A DNA stretch of 63,846 nt, filler included, from Intoshia linei (taxonomy: Eukaryota > Animalia > Orthonectida): the NCBI GenBank assembly GCA_001642005.1. It is 7 parts of 7 records of this genome, joined end to end, with 100 filler letters (N's around TTAATTAATTAA, not from the genome) between each part and the next. Parts side by side here need not be neighbours in the genome. Positions count along the whole stretch, not along the records: positions 1 to 23,955 come from LWCA01000545.1; 6 more parts are not named here. One strand, given 5' to 3'. Below the pieces are notes generated by a model. That model had not been told where the DNA came from, searched no databases, and worked only from the letters and a program-made list of their open reading frames with translations. Positions within the stretch are counted from its first letter, which is position 1, and every line of letters begins with the position of its first letter. Shown piece by piece: positions 1 through 11,075 of this stretch. A program made the translations under genes and the position numbers.

Positions 1-1708
1 TCCAGAAAAAATAAAATTATAAAAACCTATTTTGTCATTTTCAATGTGATGACACATATTCAGTACCATTTTAATAAATACTTAAAAATACCAATTGTGT
101 ATCAATTCGACATTTCAGCATTTCAGTCGAATTTTACAATTATTGCAAAGGATTGTAATATAAAAATTATTGATGTTAAAAATGTATCCATACTTTTGGC
201 CTTTTTTCTTGTGAATGTTACTTTTCTTTTTGGCATTTTCAAACAATGAGTAAAACAATAACACGTTTTAAGTAAATTTAAGTTAGTATTAAAACTTTTA
301 TAAACTCGTTACCGTAGTTTAGTTTAAATGTTCAAAATGTTTGGAAAATGAAAATTTGAAATTTAAAAATTGCGTAGCAATGAAAAAAATTCCGAAGGAA
401 TGAATTATGTAGATTTTCACACATATGATTTTATTGGAAATGTGTAGACGTACAATGCACATTTTTTTGAAATTGTAGGATCAATTTACATTTTCATTAT
501 TGATTTTAATCGAAATATTTGAAAAATATTGGTTGATAACACTGCCCAACAAAATAACAACTTTTTGGAGGTGCAAGAATAAAATTTAGTGCACATGGAA
601 GAGATTTTTATTCTGAACAAGATGGTATAATCTGTGTTTCTGCATCACGTCCAGATTTTTTTTAAAATACGCTTAAAGTTCGAAAAAGTGTCTAAAATGG
701 GCATATTTGAAGGTCAATAGAAATGTTAAATAAAGTACATGTATGGATTATTATATATGATTGGAAAGGGAAAATCTTTGCGTTACAACTTACGAAATTA
801 TTAACAGAATTGAATATTATTGAACAAAATGTAATATGACATTAATTAATATATTATATATGTATGATGCTACATACAATACATAGTTGGCGTTTCTAAT
901 TGTTTTCTATTGTCTTTTAAGATGGCTTTTAAAACCCCCTATTTTTGATATTTTTGCAACTTTACCGTCAATTAAAAAAAATCTGGACGTGATTGAAAAA
1001 TAATACTGTTATAGCGTTGATCAGTTCATTGAGACGAAAAAGATCATGTATTCATCATCTTTGCATGTTTTTGGTGTTGGGCAGTGTAATATATTAAAAA
1101 TTATATTTTATCGGGAATAAATAGATTTCTAGAGTTGAAATTTTGTATTTATATTAACTGGAATAAGCTCTATCAGAATAATTTTTTTTTTAATTTTCGG
1201 ACTGTTAATTATTTCACATTTTATGTTTTAATAAAATATTTCGGAAAAAAATATATGAATACTAAAATAATTTTTTTGACCGTGAAGTCGCCACTTATTC
1301 GGATTGAAATTTTTCATGTGTGTTAACAGGATACAACTGTACCACCTGTAAATTGCTTGAAATTCTAGGGCTGTTTTCAAAAAAAAAAAGGAAGGGGAAT
1401 TTGGTGTTTTAGCCCTGAAGATATAATTTTTTTAAATTTAAATTTATAACAATGTTTATGATTTTAAAATCCGCATCAGCGTATATATTGTTTTAAATTC
1501 TCCAACTCGTTTGATTTTCAAAAAGAGGGACAACTGGGGTTTTGACCCGTAAGATGTGAAATTTGGAGGTTGAAATTTATCTTAATATACATCTTGAAAA
1601 AAACTGTAATTGAAATATGGTCTTTAAAAAATTCTAAGACGGTTAGTTATTTAAATAAAGCTTAACACACACACACTAAAATCGTGTGGAATATTATATA
1701 AGTTAGGA
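1..1708 (-). mobile_element. Non-autonomous Helitron-like element (5' part), interrupted by another insertion
   Basis: Minus strand starts A|TCCTAACTTATATAATATT...GTGTGTGTGTT at 1708. Positions 1-50 are the reverse complement of ~41347-41396 and 1160-1700 matches 40650-41160, so this is the same family as the 40649-41763 copy. Confidence 0.7.
540..1086. mobile_element. Non-autonomous TIR element with CACTG termini (CMC/CACTA-like MITE)
   Basis: Ends CACTGCCCAAC...GTTGGGCAGTG, flanked by TAA on both sides; inner inverted repeat TCACGTCCAGATTTTTTT / AAAAAAATCTGGACGTGA. Confidence 0.65.
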
Positions 1709-1749
1709 TAATATTTATTAAAACACATGTATAATTGACATTGTAAATA

Positions 1750-2292
1750 CAGTGCACCCCTCTGATAACGAACATTTAGTCATCATTTTTTTTAAAAAAA
1801 TATGTAACAAATAATATTTAAAATTAAGTTATTGCTTCTTAGACAAAAAATCTAAAATAGACTTTTTTTTTCTCATTTTCCTTATTTCATGACGAAAGTT
1901 TTCGATAACGGAAGAGCTTTTTAAAATGGTATTAACTGTTCCAAGAGATATTTGATAGTTTTCAGCTAAATCTCTTTGTTTGTAATTTTGATTATTCTCT
2001 GCAAATGAAATGAGTTCATTTTTCTCTTTGTAGGTTAGTCGAATCCTTTGCTTGCCATTATTATTTTTTTATTTTCATTATCTAAGGGGAAAGTTAAATA
2101 AAAATTAAAAAAACCTGTTCGTTGTTCGTTATTGAAAAAATAATTAAATTAATTATAAATCAAAGCAGTCACGTGGAAAAATAAACTGTTGTTTATATTT
2201 AATGATTATATAGCTTTATTATCGCATTTATTTATAGATATTGATTAATAAGTCGTTAATTACTAAAGTTCGTTAACAAAAGGGGTGCACTA
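1750..2292 (-). mobile_element. pogo/Tigger internal-deletion derivative
   Basis: TA-flanked TIRs CAGTGCACCCCTCTGATAACGAAC / GTTCGTTAACAAAAGGGGTGCACTA. Minus strand encodes RIRLTYKEKNELISFAENNQNYKQRDLAENYQISLGTVNTILK, a CENP-B/psq-type HTH. Confidence 0.75.
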
Positions 2293-2772
2293 TACATATA
2301 AACGCGTAAAAAGTGTATAAAAGTATAGGATAACATCACCTCAAAAATAAAATTTTTACTTGAATAAACTCGTGGCTTCCTGCGTTTCATCCGTACCTAA
2401 ATTCAAAATTTCGATTAAAATTTTTTTTTAATCTGGTTTGGATCTTCCTATGTAGATTAAGTTCCATAAGGAAAAAATGATCATTTAATTCTATTTAACC
2501 CCATATTGGAGGTGTAACCTGTGCAATGCACCCGGCTCATTGGTTGTAATTTTTTTGTTTTTAGCTGTTGCTAAAATTTTAGCAAGATTTAAGTCATACT
2601 ACACTCAAAATACAATGTATGACGTTATTATGAATAATTGTATTTCTGCATAGTCTCCAAATGAGAACTTACTGACTTAGCCAATACTATTTATTGACTT
2701 CTGAGGTTTTGAATCATGGGGTATATGCTCCGTTGTGGGATCCCTGATTTAGTATATATCTAAAAAATTTAG

Positions 2773-5085
2773 CCTTTGGCTTATGTGCACATATTTTTCA
2801 AAAAGATGATAATCTTCGAGGTAAAGTGATATCCATAGCCATGAGTGGTGTGGCCACAGGAATGCTAAGTAAGAATTAATTATATTATACACTATTTTAT
2901 AATTATATATTTAATTTATAATAGTTGGACCGGTTGTGGGAGGAGTTTTGTATCAATTTGCTGGACTAGTCACTCCATTTTGCGCAATTGCTATAATCAT
3001 TCTCCTAACACTAAGTAATTAAACTACATTGTTATATTGTACATTCCAATTTGACCAAAATATTGGAACAATGTATTTTGACCAAATCGTCAGAAAACGC
3101 TCACTTTGGTTGTATATATGCATTTCCTATTAATGTTTGGTTAAAATTGATTTTTAATGGATGTATGGTGATGTTAATAATAATGACCTGTTACAGGGCC
3201 GTGAAGAGCCAGCAGTGGCTCTATAAAATTTATTTTAAAATTGAGACGACTATACATTGTTGAATCGATCGTTTATTGCCTAAAAATTGATAACAGTTGC
3301 AAATCGCATTGGTCATCATTAGAGCGGTTTTTTTTAACTTATAAAATAAAAAAATTGTAACTTATGAAAAAAAATTATGTAACTTTATTAGCCTATTAAA
3401 ATTTTCTAATTACAAAAATATAAACTTCAAATTGGCAAATGTAAATGTCTATTTTGCAATATATTTTTTTTCAAATTGATATCTTTTCAGATCGACTTTT
3501 AGGAAATTTTGGCATTCTAATAATAATACTATATCAATCTATGCCATATAAATAATATAAAATTAAAATGACTTGTTGAATCGAAAGTAAATGTAAATAA
3601 TTTTTGATATAACGATATTTATATTTTGAAAAAATGTACTTTAAAATTCACTTGTTTCACTATGTAACTTTATTAACTTTTAAAATAAAAATGTAACTTT
3701 TGTAATATGCTTAGTTCTTTAATATGCATAATATTAATATCATCATGCTGGTAATTTCATGCCGATAAACATAACAAAAATTAACTTTTGGCCGACCTAG
3801 TCATCATACTTTTCACATACTTAAGAAATTTTCCAAGATTACTTATTAACACTATTCGTGTGCTAACTTTTGAAATTTGTTAGTATTTCTATATTATCCA
3901 ACTCTGCATATAAACTCTACATAAGGCCTTAGCCCTCTCCACAGCCTTGACCTGTTCATACAGTGTTTTATGAAATAAAATTTCATTTACGTACATTTTT
4001 CAGACTTAATTTTTGGGGAATGAATGTAACATTCAATAAATTACTATAAACTAGTCTGTGAATGATTTTGGTGGTTTAAAAATTGTCATTTACAAGGACA
4101 TTAAGAACCACTGGAATGCAGAGTATACAATGAAGACTTAACTCAAGTATTTTAAATTGAAATTATAGCGTTTCAATTGATTTTCATCAAACCAACGTAC
4201 TATAAAACAGACAAAAGAGCGCCATCGTCATTCAAACTGTTAAAAGATCCGTACATCTTATTAGTGGCGTGTAATTTTCGAAAATGTAACGTTAAATTTG
4301 TAAAATAGGTGGAATTGTAATTGGAAATATCGGAGACGCTTTATTTGAACCTACCTTCCCCTACTGGCTCCTGAAAAAATTCAGTGCACCGCCATGGATG
4401 CAAGGTTTTATTTCCTAATATGTATTTAATTAAATTTAATAATAGGATTAATAATGACGGCACCATTATTTTCTTATTTATTATCAAACAACTTTTTGAA
4501 CATATTATCAGAAAAATGGGGAAGGTATCACTAAATTTAAATAAATGTAAACATTTGAATAGATGGTGCGCTGCAATAATGGGATTCTCGATATGTGCTA
4601 CAGCATTCTATATAGTAATGACAATTTTAAATTAAAAAAACCATTAGATACCTTTATCTGTGACATCTTACATGGTGGCTATATTTTACGGGATATTTGG
4701 TTTTGGATTAGGTAAGTGGAACAATAAATGTAATTGAATTTAGTAAATACAAGGCTTAATTGAATCTTCATTGATGCCGATAATGGCACATTTGGTTGAT
4801 ATTCGACACGACAACTTTTACGGTAGTGTTTACGCCATAGCCGACAATTCATTCAACTTGGCGTTTTCCCTTGGAAACTCTACTGCGGGGTTGATTGTAT
4901 CGGGTCTCAGTTTCAACTGGTTAAATTTAAAGATACCATCATAAATACTTATATTTAGGCTGTGCTGGATAACCGCAATAATTTTGACTATATATACGCC
5001 ATTTTTATTTTGGCTAAGGAACCCACCTCACCTGAACCCCGAACAAAAAGTTCTTTTACCAGAAAGTATAGAGCTTAAACAATAG
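2773..5085 (+). CDS. VMAT: Vesicular amine transporter (SLC18/VMAT-like), 3' half, 9 exons
   Basis: Spliced exons (~2773-2868, 2924-3014, 4169-4271, 4309-4404, 4446-4524, 4563-4615, 4648-4711, 4754-4919, 4959-5085) give DDNLRGKVISIAMSG, GPVVGGVLYQFAG, LLKDPYILLVA, FEPTFPYW, SLMPIMAHLVDIRHDNFYGSVYAIAD and WLRNPP; TAG at 5083-5085. Confidence 0.93.
3194..3949. mobile_element. Non-autonomous hAT element in VMAT intron
   Basis: Imperfect TIRs CAGGGCCGTGAAGAG / CTCTCCACAGCCTTG with 8-bp TSD ACCTGTTA / ACCTGTTC. Confidence 0.7.
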
Positions 5086-5121
5086 TTTTACTAGAGTAAT
5101 TGTAACAAAATAAATATTATT

Positions 5122-5770
5122 TTATAGTTCTGATTTTTTCTGTTGTCTAATATTGTAGGCTTTAGGTTCGTGTATTTTCATTTTTTTTTCAATCAAAGAA
5201 ATAAATTCAGTTTTTTCAGTACAATATTTACATTTTTCATTCCAATCAGAAAGAATTGTTTTCAATACACCAATTTTAGTCTTGTGGAAATTTATTGTAG
5301 CAAAGTCCAAAGTGACGGCTAATAAAAGTTTTATAATAAATACATGCTATATATACGGTAATTAAGTTCGCAAATTAATTTATTTTGTTCAGATATTCTT
5401 TTGCATAATTTCTCTGGTTCCATTTTAAAGGCCAGCAAACGAGCAACGTCTTTATGGCCATGGGTTACAGATGATTCATGTGCACCAATATACGAACACT
5501 AAATGAAAATATAAAAAATCAACGGGGTGTAACAAAATTTATATCGGCCTGTTTCGTTAATTCACCGCACCAATCTTCCAAATTATTTTTGTTTATATTT
5601 CTGTAATTGTCTCCGGCCTTTTGGTAAAAAAATTGTACATTTTTAATGCAAACTATATTCAATTTTTAACACAAATACAAATCTATAAATTTAAATATAC
5701 CTTCACAGGTACTTTTTTGGTGTACGACGGCAATACAAGATAATATTAAAATTAAATAAAAATTATTCAT
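5122..5770 (-). CDS. MANF: MANF/ARMET/CDNF-family ER-stress neurotrophic factor, 4 exons
   Basis: Signal peptide MNNFYLILILSCIAVV, then CEVCIK, WCGE, FCSYIGA, EKLCK, ICELNY, LKTILSDWNEKCKYCTEK (CxxC) and a C-terminal KDEL-like KSEL; the 8-Cys MANF pattern is recovered. Confidence 0.93.
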
Positions 5771-5831
5771 GATAAATTAACAAATGACTCGATTAAACTA
5801 TAGTATTATTTGTAAACTAACAGAATAATAA

Positions 5832-5887
5832 CCAATAAAATAGTTTGACGTGTTGATACCATAACACGATTCTGTATAAACACGTCA
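5832..5887. promoter_or_regulatory. Putative UPR element (ERSE/UPRE-like) upstream of MANF
   Basis: CCAAT(5832-5836)-N9-TGACGTGTT(5846-5854), plus an inverted copy AACACGTCA(5879-5887), 60-120 bp upstream of the MANF ATG. Confidence 0.45.
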
Positions 5888-5977
5888 TACATATGAACGT
5901 AACTTTATGGATTTACATGCGTAAACAAAGTGTAAATATTTGTAGATAGATTTATTTACAACAGTTTAGAATAGTAT

Positions 5978-8900
5978 TTAATTAATATTTGTGTTGGTTT
6001 TTTCGTCTCTAATAAAGTCTCTCTTTGGATAAATTATTTTTTCGAAACATTCAAAAGCACTATCAATATACATTTGTTTTAAACTTATGCATTTAACATT
6101 TCATCCGCTTGCAGTCTCATTCAATGTGAAAAATCTCATAGTAAGAATTTTATTTCCATTTTAATTAAACTCACAGAAAAATACAATTTTATCAAGCCTT
6201 CCGAGAAAAGTATATTTGTACTTTGATGATAAATTCAAACCACGCTGTGCACTCACAAACTATTATCCACATTGAGTAAAACTACAATCTGAATATTACA
6301 AGTCTCAAAATTTTTATTTATTTAATTATTTTAAGTTATTTACTAATTACTTGTCTGTTTTATGAGGTTCTTCGTGGAAATATCCATACAACATTGCTTC
6401 TTCTGCAGATATGCGCTTTTTAGGATCCATAATTAGCATTTTTTTCATCTGACATTAATTTTATATTAATTAATTAATTCTAACCAATTCAAATTCTACA
6501 CAATCTGGGTCAACTTTATGCCTCTCCAAATACTGTCGTAGTCTTGAAATGTTATAGTTTCTTAAAAATTTGATATTTTAAAATACATTTATCAAAATTT
6601 AACAAATTTACGTTTTTTTATCAAAATCTCGACACAATGTACCATATTCAGGCATAATAACCAAATCTTCCCAGTCCTTAACTAGATACACAATACATTC
6701 ATGTACACAAGTTATGTACCGTCCGGGTAACCCAAAATATAAAATATGCGTTCAAGTTGTTCCTGGTGATAAGGGTTACTAGTTTTCAAATCTTCTTGTC
6801 TGCAATGAAAAATTGGTTCAGTGGTTAAAAGTTCAGCAAAAATACATCCAATTGCCCAGATATCTAAACACATCAGCATATAATTACATAAATAGCTATA
6901 AACCTATAGCCATAGTATAATGTCTGGCTCCAAGGAGTAATTCTGGAGCTCGATACCAGAATGTTACTACAACAGGGTCAATATCGACAAGAGGTTTTAA
7001 AGGAGAATTAAACAGTCTAGCAAACCCCATGTCAGCTAAAAATTGATAAATAATACAAAACAAAATAGTAATAAGTGTAAAATGTATAGTCATTTTCATT
7101 TTGATCGGAGAACCGAGAAAAAAATTGAAAATAAAAAAATATATTCAATTTTATTACAATAATCCACAAATGAGTAAAGCAGTGTTACTTAACCGTGGGG
7201 CAAGGTGTCAGGGCTAATACTATCACATTCCTTCTTAATTGCCCTTTTTAGAGTCTCAATGGAATAATAATTTATATTGTTCTTATATAATGCCCTAGTC
7301 ATAATTCCCCAAAGATTTTCAATGGCGTTCAAGTCCGGTGACATTGGTGGCCAAGACAATAACTCAACATTCTTAGTCATAAAAAATTTTTTTGATGAAT
7401 TTGAAACATATATGGGTGCATTGTCTTGTTGAAAAACATCAAATCTTTCCTTATGAGGCAATAAATTTGTGCTAATCATATTCTGGTAATAAATGGAATT
7501 CATTGGAAATGAACATTCTACAATTAATAATAATAATTTTTAATATAAATGTAATATTAAAATAAGATAGATGTTTGCCTCTTAGGTTTTTCAAGGCTCT
7601 CCTTTCTCACATCATGCCAGTAAGAAGCATACCTATCAGGCCCATCAAGACAAATGTTTTATTGTTTAATCGCATTATAAATACCCTTTAAATGGCCCCT
7701 TCAGATAAATGAGGTTTTCTATCTGTTATAAAGCTTAAAATTAAATATTGTATAATTTTTATGTACAAAAATATCATGTGATCATTAAATAAATAATTAA
7801 AATAATAATTAAAAAGTTGCGTTATTTTTGAAACTAAGTGTATATATTGTCGTAAAGGTAGTAGAAATTTACGACCTGGCTTGGATCATTCTGGATCTAT
7901 AGTTATTGATCTAGGTAAGGGTGCACAACGTGCGGCCATGATAGCGTTTATGTGCGGCCGTGGGCAATACATCTGATCATAATGCAATATATCATTTTAC
8001 TTCAAATGAGATTTTATTCAAGGTCTATTTAAATATTTTAATCAAAAAGTTACATTTCTGACTTAGCCCCAGTTTCTCAAATGTTAGCGAAGGGCACACA
8101 AAATCGAGGCAGTCACTGATATCTTTTTTTATGTCATTATAAATATTTACATATTTTTTTATGTCTTCCACTCTAATGTATCAACAAATCGGTTTTTAAT
8201 GGAAATTTTTTCTGTTGATCAATTAATATTAATTATTTACCGAAAAATTAATGATTAATGTTTTTTTAAAAAAATATTAGTAAAAGGAGATTTTTCAAAT
8301 TTTTTTAAAATTAGGTATTTTCTTATGAAATCAGTCAGAAGAATTATTGATCTAAAAAATTTGGTAAAATACATAAAAAAACATAAAAATCTATAGCCTA
8401 TTTATCATATATAATATCATTAAATAATTATAATTTTTTGATGATTATTTAGTTTATTCGATATCAATAATAAATTTGGTTAAAAAAATTCCTAATAAAC
8501 GCCTATAAAGTTTTGCTAAAAAAATTTACTAAAAACTCCCTATATAGTTTGGTAAAAAAATAAAGTTTTAAAAATATTTACTGAGTACCACCGGTGGTTC
8601 TCAAACGTGTGAAACCAATCTACTGAGAAACAGTAAAAGGGTTAATCATAAAATTATAAGAATAATGATATAAATATTATGCATATTAATAATCTAATTA
8701 TAATTTTATCAAATTAATTACAGATGTTTTCCTCACACAAACTAAATAATAAAAAACTCAATGATTTATTTAAAAATATCGGAAGAAGTTTAACCTAGGA
8801 AAATTATTGTAGAAATAAAATTGATCAAATATATCTAGAAAAAAATAATTGAATAAAAAATATTGCTTCTTTTGAACAATATTTTTTTATTTCACATTTA

Positions 8901-10953
8901 CATAAATGCTGCATGAAATTAAGAAACTATTATAGGTTAGTGAATGAATTCATCACTAGCATGAAATTTTTGAAATTAAAGAATAGAGATGTCAGAAAGC
9001 TTTTACATCACATTGGATATACTCCTAGACCAGCGGTTCTTAAAACGAGGTGCTTAATGTTTTAAAAAATCTAAATTTTATTATTTTTTTTATATATTCT
9101 TTATTGGAATTTTGGATTAATTAAAAATTATCTAATCATATTTTAGCTTCTGATTTTGTTACATGTAAGTGATATCATTAATTGTATAAAATAAATATAA
9201 TTAGCTCGATTTTATACAATAAAAGTGTTGATTTGTAATTTATTAGAAAATTAAAATTTTTAGTATAAAATAGTCATTGAATTGATAATAATTATGGCCT
9301 AACGATCATTTTTTGAAATGGGCCGGAGGTTTTTTAAGAGTGAAAATGGACCTATAACAAAAAAGGTTGGGAAATACTGGGGTAGTGAGATTCCAAAAAA
9401 ATTTTAATTGTATGTAATCCAGCATAAAATAAAAATTCATTGACAAATTACAAATTACCAATTTTTACGGTTCCACACTCTGAGCCCTCACCCATAACTA
9501 AAATGTTTGCTGGTTTCTAAAAGTAGATATAATGAATATATAGTATTCTACTAAATCTCTATGAAGTATCCAATTTGAATGTAAATATGATATCCCTTGT
9601 AAAATTTGGAACATTAAAGATTTAATGACTTGCTGAGGTATACTATGAAGACTTTGCAATGTATCTGGTTTAGTTTGTCGCATTAAACGGTGAAATTTAA
9701 TAATGTGCTAAAAAAATAAACCAAAATAAAATGAAAATTTACCCATAAATCATGCTCACTGAAATCAAACAACAGCCACACGCGTCGTTCTCTGTGTGAT
9801 AAAAATACTCTGTTTAGATTTATTAAATTTCTATGGTTTAATTCACGCAATAACTAAATTTAGACAAAATATTGGGTATTAATAAATTTTGGTTGTACTA
9901 CATTTAGAACCGGACCTAACTGAAACCTTTCTTGGGACCTTAGAAGAAATTTTTGTAAAATGGTGGCCTCGTTTTTCCAAATTTACCATGCAAAAAAGTA
10001 TATTCTTGAACATCATAAGTATTTTGTGTTAAATTTAAATTATCCAGTTAACCGCCTTAGAGAGATCGTTATGGGCTATGTTTCATTTTCGGTGTCCTGC
10101 AGATGGGTGGTTCGAGGTCTCCCAAAATCAAAAATAAGTCTCTAAAATTGTTTCACAAACAATGTAGTATAACCCCTGGTCATCTATTAGTCGTCAAAAA
10201 GAAAAAGTGACTATAATAGTTACATTTATTTATATACATCAGTGTTTCTCAATTGACGTTCCCTCGTGGCCACTAAAACAATAACGAACACAGCGAAAAA
10301 TTAAGTACCCAGTTATCGATAGAGTCATAATTTGTTTATAATTTTACGCGCAAAAATTCAATTTCATAAATCAAAAAATTTACCGATATGAACGATTTCC
10401 TATTACTGTTTTATATTGAAAAAATCTTGTGCAAATTAAATTTTGAATTTGACTAGTGAACGGTGAAAAATTTAATCGAAAAAATGTGTGCCAATAAAAA
10501 AAGGTAGATTACACATGATGCATCAAGGTCAATTTTAAAAAAAAATTTACAAATTTAAGAAATGAACATTAAAATTACGTACAACTGTATAAGTATTTTA
10601 ATATTATTTAAAAAGAAAATGAAAAATAATCCCGGTTCATAAATTGAATATAAATGGTTTCGACTGCAATATAAGATATGCAAAATAAATTTGAAATTGT
10701 TTTTAAATTACTGCAATTTCTCGACACGCCGACATTGAAACACCAGACCCTTCAATTAATTTTATAGCATATTCCTTAGTATCTTTTCTACAAAACAGTA
10801 TAATATGAAATATCAACAAAAATACATATTTCTACTCTTAGCTTTGTAAACATGACCATACGTCCCTCTACCAACTTTCGAATCTTGATAAATAAACAAA
10901 TCATCGACATTCACTCCTTTAAAATTATTTTTTAAAAAAAAATTTGATTCCAT
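5978..10953 (-). CDS. CDK8: Cyclin-dependent kinase 8/19 (Mediator kinase), ~11 exons
   Basis: [127 protein letters not shown]; ATG at 10953, TAA at 5978. Confidence 0.96.
7085..7503 (-). mobile_element. Tc1-like DD34E transposase remnant in CDK8 intron
   Basis: FQQDNAPIY...[21 protein letters not shown] catalytic motifs; 5'-truncated. Confidence 0.85.
7917..8190 (+). repeat. Dispersed hAT/Buster-like MITE; second copy at ~56510-56780 (minus)
   Basis: GGGTGCACAACGTGCGGCC...GGGCAATACATCTGAT...CCCCAGTTTCTCAAATGTTAGCGAA...GGCAGTCACTGA matches the reverse complement of 56510-56780. Confidence 0.7.
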
Positions 10954-11075
10954 TTAAAAAAATATTTATTTCAAGCAATTGTCAATAGAGAAGAATGAAA
11001 ATTCAAAATGGAATGAAAAGAAAAGTATAAAAGTGTAGAGAAATAATGCAATGTGTAAATTTATTGTAGAAAATA

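Noticed and set aside
2773-5085. VAChT (cholinergic locus) as identity
   Set aside because: Many introns, LRNPP tail and LLKDPY motif fit VMAT better; no ChAT exons seen nearby.
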